From positions 230,826,001 to 230,890,000 of the forward strand of contig OZ024741.1 in NCBI GenBank assembly GCA_964016885.1: a stretch of DNA of 64,000 nucleotides, given 5' to 3'. The notes beneath the pieces were generated by a model. That model saw nothing but the letters and a program-made list of their open reading frames with translations, searched no databases and was not told where the DNA came from. Source of the stretch: Eledone cirrhosa. Lineage: Eukaryota. Shown here one piece after another: positions 55,231 to 64,000 of the stretch; the stretch's first letter is position 1, and each line of letters starts with the position of its first letter. The position numbers and the translations under genes were made by a program.

Positions 55231-55642
55231 TTGTTTTACTGCCCTTATTCAAATTTCAGACATTAGAGTGTCATTATGTAATAGGAGTAGTTCTTTATTG
55301 CGCTGTCGTCAGACAGGTGTAGAAAATGTAAACATTGGTTTCGTTTTTTTTTGCTGCTCTAACCCTAATGAATATAACCACCTCAACGTTCTCACATTGC
55401 TCAGATATTCATTGCTACTCGCTATGCTACTCACATTTTAGATTAATCATCTTTATAGAATTTTTAAAACAATTTGTCCTAACATCTACCGTTCTTCTTT
55501 TCTTTCTACATTTCGGTTTCTCTGTTGTTCATGTCCAGAATAACTTGCTGCAGACGTTTCCTAGAAGCTCATGATATCTCTTTGTTGTGGCATTGACAGC
55601 CACGATGTTATCTTTGGCCGATAGGGGCAAAAAACTCAACCC

Positions 55643-57410
55643 AATCATCATCATCATCATCATCCTCATCGCTTTTCCCTGCTTGCAAGGGTAGAACTGG
55701 TCCTATTCAGGATAGAAACTTTCCATTTGTCACGTTCCTTCATCTCCTCTGTGAGCTGAAGTGATCTGAGGTCGGCTCTCACCACCTCCGGCCATGTTTT
55801 TCGTGGTCATCCTCTACTGTGTCGTCCTTCTACTGGGATTTCTTGGCACTTTACCCATTGGTCCTCCTCCATGCGCATCACATATCCACAAAATCACAGT
55901 TGTCACTCCCGCACACTAAAACTTACATCACTTATACACAGTTTCTCTCTCAACTCATGTATACTTGGTCGTTCACGCACATTGATATTACACATCCAAC
56001 AGAGCATGCTTGCTTCATTTCTCTCCAGCCGTCGCATATCGTCTGCAGTTGCTGCCATGTCTCACTACCATGCCGCATCGCGCATCTCAAACAGGCATCA
56101 TATAACCGGCCATTCTTTGTTAACAGAGGAAGCAGCTCCCTAAACTTCTTCCAACAAGTACTTATTCTAGATACTGTCGCCTCGGAACACCCTCCTCCCA
56201 TGCTACTTTGATCACCTATGTACCGGAAGCTATCAACCACTTCTATAGACCCTATCTGCATTTGGAAAATGTGTCTTTCACTGCTATTTCTAGTGTTAAA
56301 TTTCCCCGTACATCTGCTGCATATGTGGTGTTCCCCACCTGTTACTTTGCCTATCTCACTACATCTCTTGTGTACCCACATTTGTATTGTGGACATTTTA
56401 TAGAATTTGTGCCAGCTCCTTTTCTAAATATCGAACATGGCCATTTCACTGATGAAATCAGAGTTTTAACCCCTTTTCTACTTATCAACACTTTTGTCTT
56501 AGCTAGGTTTACTCTAAGTCCTCTTGATTTCAACTGCTGTTTCCATAGCCAGAATTTATTATCTAGCTCCTCTACTGATTCTGCTATAAGAACAAGATCG
56601 TGAGCATAGAGAAGTTCCCATGGGCAGCCAGTCTTAACATCCTCTGTTATGGCTTGGAGGACTATAATGAACAAGAGTGGGCTGAGGACCGAACCCTGAT
56701 GTATTCCTACTTGTATCTGGAATTTCTCACTAAACTCCATTCCAACTCTCACTTTACTGACAGCACCTCTCTACATAGCTTGCACTGTCCTCACAAGCCA
56801 TTCCTCAACACCTAGTTTCGTTAAGGACCACCAGATGACAGATCGGGGTACCCAATCAAAGACCTTCTCTAGGTCAACAAAAGCTAAGTATAGTGGCCTA
56901 TTCTTTTCTAAGAACCTCTCTTGTAATTGTCTCACTAAGAAGAGGGCATCTGTTGTACTTTTCCTAAGCACAAAACCAAACTGCATCTCATCTAATTTGA
57001 CGCTTTCTCCAAATAATTGCTCTAATATTCTTTCTGCCACTTTCATAACCTGACCCATCAGTTTTATGCCCCTATAATTGCTCCTCTCCAGAGCATGCCC
57101 TTCACCTTTGTAGCAATTTATGAGAATACTGCTGCACCAGTCTTTGGGTATGACTGCGCCATATATACCTTGATTAACGATGCGTGCAAACAGTCTTGTA
57201 CCTATTTCACCCGATGCCTTCCACATCTCAGCAACTATCCCCGACGGTCCAACGGCCTTACCATTTTTCATTTCCTTAACTGCCTCTTGGACCCTATATT
57301 CCTCAATCGCAATAGCTGGTCCCTCTGTCGGATCTACTGGCGGTAGTGTTTCTCTCTCCCATTCGTTTTCCACATTCATCAGTCTCTTATAATGCTATTT
57401 CCAGGCCGCT
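55643..57410 (-). mobile_element. 5'-truncated RTE-clade LINE
   Basis: MKNGKAVGPSGI, NYRGIKLM, QFGF..STTDALF, FVDLEKVFD, GIHQGSVLSPLLF and LLYAHDLVL, with a (GAT)n tail at 55643-55670. Confidence 0.85.
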
Positions 57411-58094
57411 TTACGTTAAAATAAATTCATCAGGGATAACATGATGTTTAGGTATTCAAAAGAGGATCTTAGTATACAGTTGTTTGCCCTGCAGATTCTC
57501 CACCAGAGAGCACTCTAAAGTTCCCCAGGACAAGGTCAATTGGAACTATTCCTGAGAATGGGATTATTCTCTGTCTAAGTACTCCACTTTTAATGTACTG
57601 GACATATATATTTTAAAATTGATTGCCTTGTAATCTTCACATCGTACTCGTACAGTATTATCATTATGTTTTTTGTCATTTTTGTCAATGACATCAAAAA
57701 GTTCTATATAGAATTGTTCAATATATTCCTACTCCCTAGTCTATTCTTGGGGCATAGTTGCCAGCTAACTTTTCGTTGAACGTCAATTCCTGTAGGCTGG
57801 TAATCATGTATCTACTTGATATTGTTTATCGCCATATTATGGTTGATGTCTTGACTTGCATGTTTATTATGTTCCCGATAAATTAGAGTACACGTCCATC
57901 TTATTCCAGGATGCGCATGTAGACTACTTTAGCGGAGGTCGTCGCCATTTGTATCTTCCCATCAAATAGATTTCTTTTAACGAGGTGGCTCAAGATCGAC
58001 ATGAATTTGTGGTTGACACGAAATCGTTCACGCAGTGATGCCGTATTAACAGCACCCCTTCTGTTTTTTATACTTATATACATCCATATATACA

Positions 58095-59975
58095 TATATG
58101 CATACATACATATATACATTCATACATGATGGCTGCAAACTCGTGTTCGAGCATTGCCATCGCCCGATAAAATGCTCAAATATGTGAGTCACGAATGTGG
58201 TTCTTTAAACCAACCAAAGACTTGCACCCTCTGGTATATACAAGACAACTGTAGGCTCTTCTGGGACTTTCCATTGCTTGCTTCTGACTGTGTGTTAAGA
58301 TTTCCCATGCTTTCACATTCCTTGCCACATTCCTTACACCTTTTCAGATCATAATCTATATGAGGTCTTCTGATATGACTGTTCATATCTAATCAAACCA
58401 GCTTTGCTCAGGTAGACTCGATCACAGTGCTGGCAAACGAAATGTTGCTCAACAACAGACAGTTTAGAACAGTCCCTTTTTCTTATCTTCCTTTTCAGTG
58501 TAGGTTTTCTTTTCAATTCGTTTCAAAGTGTTCACTTCCTGACTTGATTAACCATCTCCACTTCTCACCCTCTTCAGCCATTTTCTCCCATTGGTCAGAT
58601 GAAATACTAACGCAAGCATGGGTGCCCCTGACACAGTACTGGTATCACATTTTTGGTTTGTGTGGTGGTCGCCTACCTTCGCAAAGTTCACCGTAGAGGA
58701 GTTGCTTTGGAATACGACCATCAGACATCCGGACTATGTGACTGCACCCCCTCAACCAATGCCAACATATCATACTCTCTATGCTCATGCACTTGCTCCC
58801 TTCGAGAACTGACACATCATTGATGGATATTTTCAATCGCACCCCAAGTATCTAACGAAGATATTGTTGGTGAAACCTCTCCAGTTCCTTGAGATGCTTT
58901 CTGTCTGTGACCCACATTTCACAAGCATAAAGCAAAGAGGAGACGACAGAAGTCAGATACACTTTCACCTTGGTTTCAATGGTGATACCACGTCTGGCTT
59001 TCTTGATTCTTAAGGATATCTCAACATCGAGTTTGCATGAATTATTCAACGTACTATCAAGGTAAACAAAGTTGACAGACAATTCTAGCCTCTTTCCGTA
59101 GACGTACACACTTGGTGTAGTGTATTCTTCCCCAGATGCTGGCTGGTACATCACAACAGTCTATTCCAAGCTTATTGTGAACCCAAAGCGCTGCAAGCTT
59201 CAGAAAAAAAAAGTTCATAATATGCTGCATGTCACTTTGTGAGTGTGCAAAAGGATTGCCGTCATCTGCATACAAAAACACTCGGATTATAGATGATAAC
59301 TTCGTGCTTGCAACAAAGCGCCTAATGCTGAACAAATTTCCTGAAGTACCATACCTGATGTAAAGATGCGAGCAATTTTTCCCGAATGCTACGAGAAAAG
59401 CTATTGTAAAATATAAGGAAAACAGAGTTGGAGACGGAATGTCCCCCTGTTTCACTCCATGTTCAACTGATATTGGTTCAGATATGCTCCCACCAATACT
59501 GACCCAAGCCTTCATGTTATCATGAAAAAGACGCAGAATTTTCATAAACTTAGGAGGGCAGCCAATCTTTTCCAAAATTTTCCACAACGTATTTCGGTTG
59601 ACGATGTCAAAGGACTTTGTCAAGTCAACAAAGACCTGGTGAAGATACATACACTGTTCGATACACATTTTTGCAGCTGCCGAGCAGGAAAAAATCATAT
59701 CCACGGTTCCTCTTTCGTTTCCTTACCCACACTGCGATACAGGATACACATTCAGAGCAACCTTTGAGATCAATCTACCCATCAAACACATGTCTTGACC
59801 AACTACTGAAAGAAGTGATATGCCAGGATAATTGCCACATTTGTCTGTCTCGCTCTTTCCTTTATGGAGAATCACCTTGAGCGCTTCCTTCAACCTTGTA
59901 GGACACTCTCAACTTCCCACAACTTTTTTATGAGATTAGTCCGGTGCTGCGTGAAGTTTTCACCACCTCACTTCA
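58095..59975 (-). mobile_element. 5'-truncated RTE (BovB-like) LINE
   Basis: FVDLTKSFDIVNR, GCPPKF, GVKQG..SPTLF, LYADD, LLYACEMW and RMSDGRIPKQLLYGEL..GRR, then a 3' stem-loop and an ATGT-type tail. Confidence 0.85.
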
Positions 59976-60000
59976 AAACCTCTGGGCTGGGGTGGGAGGG

Positions 60001-60043
60001 ACTGTCCTGAAGAAGGCCAGTCAATCTGAAATGCATAGACGGT
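60001..60043 (+). ncRNA. Minimal type I hammerhead ribozyme (stem II weakened)
   Basis: Stem I ACTGTC/GACGGT, core CTGAAGA, AGGC..TCT, GAAA, TGCA and TA; predicted cleavage after 60037. Confidence 0.7.
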
Positions 60044-60274
60044 TATCCCCCTTGCTTCTGCTGGACACCCTTAGAGGGCGTTAGCCCCGGTGTTTGCTTT
60101 TACTACGGCTTTCTAAAACCGTGGTTCTTTAGAAATACGAAATGTCTATACATATTTGTATAAAGCTATGCTTGAAACAAAATCCTATTTCTGTTAGTCA
60201 CCTCATTTAAACAGACGAGCAAACTATATATTTTCGACTGTTTTCAAGTCCAGCAGTTACAAGCGGTGGGAGGG

Positions 60275-60318
60275 ACCGTCCTGAAGAAGGCCAGTCAAGC
60301 CTGAAATGCATAGATGGT
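60275..60318 (+). ncRNA. Minimal type I hammerhead ribozyme
   Basis: Stem I ACCGTC/GATGGT, core CTGAAGA, stem II AGGC-CAGTCAA-GCCT, GAAA, palindromic stem III TGCA and an AUA triplet; predicted cleavage after 60312. Confidence 0.82.
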
Positions 60319-60413
60319 TATCGCCTTTGCTTCTGCTGGACACCACCAGAGGGCGTTAACCCCGGTGTTTGCATAGCTATGGCTTCCTAAAGCCGTGTTT
60401 CTTTAGAAATACG

Positions 60414-60528
<115 letters not shown>

Positions 60529-60587
60529 ACATATATATATATATATATATACACACCAAACGATATATTATCTTTTATTATTGGCAG

Positions 60588-60731
60588 GTTGTCACAACTT
60601 ACTTTACGGAGCGAAGTGTACAAAGACATGCCATTGTGACCCTGAAGGCTTTTGTCACCTAATGACAGGTAGTTGTCCAACCAAATGCGAACCAGGGTAT
60701 TTTGGTACCGGTTGTCAATTGAGAAGTTTCA
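60588..60731 (+). CDS. Host-gene exon (phase 1-1, 144 nt) encoding an EGF/laminin-type (MEGF10/SREC-like) repeat
   Basis: ttggcag acceptor, A/gtaagt donor and frame GCHNLLYGAKCTKTCHCDPEGFCHLMTGSCPTKCEPGYFGTGCQLRSF. Confidence 0.88.
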
Positions 60732-61639
60732 GTAAGTACATTTTTAGCTGCAACGTCGCTATTTGTACTTAAATATGTAGGTCCTTATACACGTATCGGA
60801 CATAAGACATACTTCATGAACTTTTACATAACTGGTTGGCTAAAGTATGCCAACTTTTCAGTGAAATTCTACATAATTTTCTTTACTCTTAGATATGTTA
60901 AATCTGTGCATGATTATGTTCCATTAAGTAATTCATCTGGTGTTGTTTGTTGCCGAATTAACCAATATTCGGAATCCCTCCCTACTCTATTGGCCACATA
61001 CTATTTTTAATCAATATGATTTAAATATATTCTTTTCAGTTTTTCAGCAGTGCAGAACTGCTAAAGAACCGGTAGCGAATCGGCTACCAGATATGATGAC
61101 TACTTGCGATATAAGTGGGCACCTGTCAGACGAATACGTAACATGGACGAACAGGGGTAATCTACAAGAGAAGATGGTGCAATAAGTGACACCTTTAGCT
61201 CCCAAGATAATTTTCACAGTGATGTAACTACTATAAGGGGACTAAATGCCGATTCTAAAAAAACCTAATCTCTGCGTGTCCGTGAAAAGTACCAGATTGG
61301 TGACTGACACGAAAGAGATCAGCAAAACACTGTAATGTGTCGAGACAAAAGAAAGGTATTCATACCGTATCTTCCTTCGATCGAGTTAATAAGGGACGGG
61401 TTCAGGGTTTATGGAGAGAAAACTGTTCTAAAAATATAGTGCTGTCTCAAATTTCATGCTCTAAAAACTGGCGTTGAGCCTGTAACGCTTCTAAGAAAAA
61501 TCGCATGGACGCAAAAGATTCTGTATTCAGTGACCACAAAGTGGGTTCGGAAGGAAGCAAGCTGTAATCATGGGAAACTAGAAAATCACAATCCTTAGGG
61601 ATAAGGAGCAGAAACTAGTGTAGGAGCCTAGATGCTACC

Positions 61640-62163
61640 AGATTGATCTAAGTTGATCAGGCGCCACCGGTGCCAGTTTCCTTAACCACACTCTCTATGA
61701 TGTATCGCATGAGGTGGAGGTTGTCGTGGATGGATCTGTCTGTAATGGCGCATGACTGCGCCTTTCCTACCAGACGACAGACGACAAGCGCCAATCTTGT
61801 TGCTAACAGCTTGGCCAAAATCTTGAAATCTGTGTTTAAAAGAGTTATGGGTGTGAAGTTGTGTATAAGTTCCCCATTATTCGGGTCTTTTCTCAACAGC
61901 GCCACCACTCCCCGGCTCACAAACCTGGGAATGCTCCAGTTCTGCTGCCAGTTGCAGTAGACATCTGCCAAGAGGTCACCGAACAAGTCTGGCATGTACG
62001 CATAAAGCTCGTAGGGAAGACCATTCAAACCTGGCGATTTACCCTTCGTGCAGTCAGACATCGTTCCGTATTTCAGCGGCGGTTATCGTCTTTTCGCAGG
62101 ACTGCGCTGCGGTCGTCGACAGCTGCGACAGTCCGTCGAGGTATGCACTGAAGTTCATACTCC
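61640..62163 (-). mobile_element. L1/Tx1-clade RT fragment (copy I, C-like)
   Basis: KSPGLNGLPYELY...NFTPITLLNTDFKILAK...RSIHDNLHLMRYII. The 5' junction is an AAT-rich linker. Confidence 0.88.
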
Positions 62164-62184
62164 GAATAAGAATAATAACAATTT

Positions 62185-64000
62185 TAATAATGCTTTCTTT
62201 ATTAACCACTCGGGTTGACATGAAGTATACCATTAAGGAGAGCACAGGTCGGTACAGGGCGAGACAAATGGGCATTTCTGCGTATAGAGAAAAAAACAGT
62301 AACAATGGAAATGACAAAAAAAGAAACAAAGAAAAATTCCCCAATAAGCGGGGATACTTCCGAAGGACACTCGTGGAGAAGGCCCATTAAAAAAGCCACG
62401 GTGACCTTTGCCACAATTGCATTTGCCCTCTCCCAGTTCTCCACTTCCAATCTACAGGCACATACTCAGACCACACCCATTCACCCGGGCCATGCTTGCC
62501 TCTCATACCAGTCTTTCAACAAATTGCTGGGAACAGAGCATTTCCCTCTCAAACCAGATTTTCCTTTTCAAAGGAAATGTGAAAATGCTAATCTGGGCAT
62601 CACCGAAGAGGTAAGTGCTCGTCTTCAGCCATTTCAAACGTGTCCACCACACCACCTCTTTCGCCCTGGCCACTAGGCAGATACAAATTGCCTGCCCTTC
62701 TTGACTAAAAGAAGGTGGCTGGATAATGTTGGAAGAACATCCCAGGCCACGTACATTTAAACTGCCTATTCTAAGTAAGCCCATGTCGGACTGCATGAAG
62801 TCTGGGATGGGGTTTGAGCAGCAGGGCTGTTGGAGGTGGTAGTGATACCGCTCCTGCGTCTTGTCACCGGTACAGCTACTGCGACTGTTGATGTTGCCGC
62901 CACTGCTGCCGCTGTTTTATTTGGTCGTGGGCTTGGTATGAGTGCCACGGCCGTTGCCCTCCTACTCAGCGCAGAAGGACCTGACACCTCTGCTGCCTGC
63001 CCTGTTCCTGGTAGCAGCGGACCAGGCTACGGAAGTAGGGAGGTCTTGTTCTTTGTGTTATTGTTGGTGTTGTTTGTGTTAGAACCTTCTGCATGTTTTA
63101 AGTCTGAAACAATATCATTAATAATGATAATATTTTTCTCAATGGACTCAGGTGATAAACGAATGTGTCCTACACATGACAGCAGGTGTTCGACATAAAC
63201 CCACAAGTCAGCAATGCTGGGACACTGGATGATTGCTTGCAGGACGGTTTTGTGGCCCTTCCTGCGTGCATCTCGCAGAGGCTCGTCTGACAGCACTTCA
63301 TGTCTGTAGATTTTATCTCGAACTAGCAAGACTTCTCGGTTTACTGCCATGCCAGGGATTTCTGGAAATTATCCATGGACCTGGAGCGAAAGTCCTTTCG
63401 AAAGAGTGGTTAATTGATTTTTGTCAGTGTTTAGACTTACCCTAAGAATGTAGTCTCTTGTATCTGCCACTAACTCTCTATAGAACGCCAAGTTGGTGTT
63501 TCCACCGATCATATTGTTCGATTGTTGAAGGGCTGTAAGTGTCAGTTTCTCCCTCGGTCTCCTCTTGACCCAGGACAGTAGCTCCGTTAAGGATAAGAGC
63601 TGAAGGTACGTGCATCTGGTGAACAGTGACGACACCTCTTCACTGTTAAGGAAGAGATAGAAATATCGTAGTCTCAGCGTATGTTTGCATATCATCAGGC
63701 ACGGTATTCCGAGTCCTCCAAGCGGGGTTGATGACAGCAGATGGATCGCCTCACCATCGGAACGAGTTCTTTCCACAAAAATAGGAAGAACAAAGGGCAC
63801 AGTACATTTAAACGTTGCTTGGGACAAGGCATGACGGTCAAGCGGTAGTAGATGACGGACGCGATGGATGTGTTCGCTACCTCTGCTCTACCTTTCAGGG
63901 ACAGCTTTCTCTCAGCCCATTTCTGGGTGAGATTGGCCAATCTGTTCGTCACCTCTTCCCAATTTCTGTATATCTGTAGGTCAGGACCAAACCAGATCGC
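62185..64000 (-). mobile_element. L1/Tx1-clade LINE copy J (3' UTR plus 3' part of ORF2, runs off the window; interrupted at ~62725-63135)
   Basis: B/D/G-like 3' UTR, with KEVVWWTRLK, CPSIADLWVYVEHLL and KWAERKLSLKGRAEVAN. Confidence 0.88.

Noticed and set aside
61040-61156. Possible fourth phase-1 host exon (FQQCRTAKEP...VTWTNR)
   Set aside because: Splice sites fit, but the peptide has no clear domain and runs into sequence resembling a decayed LINE endonuclease start. Unresolved without RNA data.

Overview
This is eukaryotic, AT/microsatellite-rich DNA. The repeat repertoire suggests a cephalopod or other mollusc, probably octopus-like (inference). Bases ~1.2-36.3 kb are an almost gap-free head-to-tail array of at least eight decayed L1/Tx1-clade LINEs from several divergent families. 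All lie on the minus strand and most are joined through (AAT)n tracts, which also host R4/Dong-type LINEs and a tRNA-derived SINE. One copy is split by a 5'-inverted Daphne-like LINE, which itself carries a TSD-flanked Ingi/Vingi-like derivative with a 2A-like peptide and a candidate HDV-like ribozyme. From 36 to 61 kb there are Penelope-like elements, small repeats carrying minimal hammerhead ribozymes (retrozyme-like), Helitrons, RTE LINEs with a matching non-autonomous partner, and three phase-1 exons of a plus-strand host gene for an EGF-repeat extracellular protein. A second minus-strand Tx1 cluster begins at ~61.6 kb. No intact autonomous element is present. All family assignments come from motif recognition by eye, not database searches.
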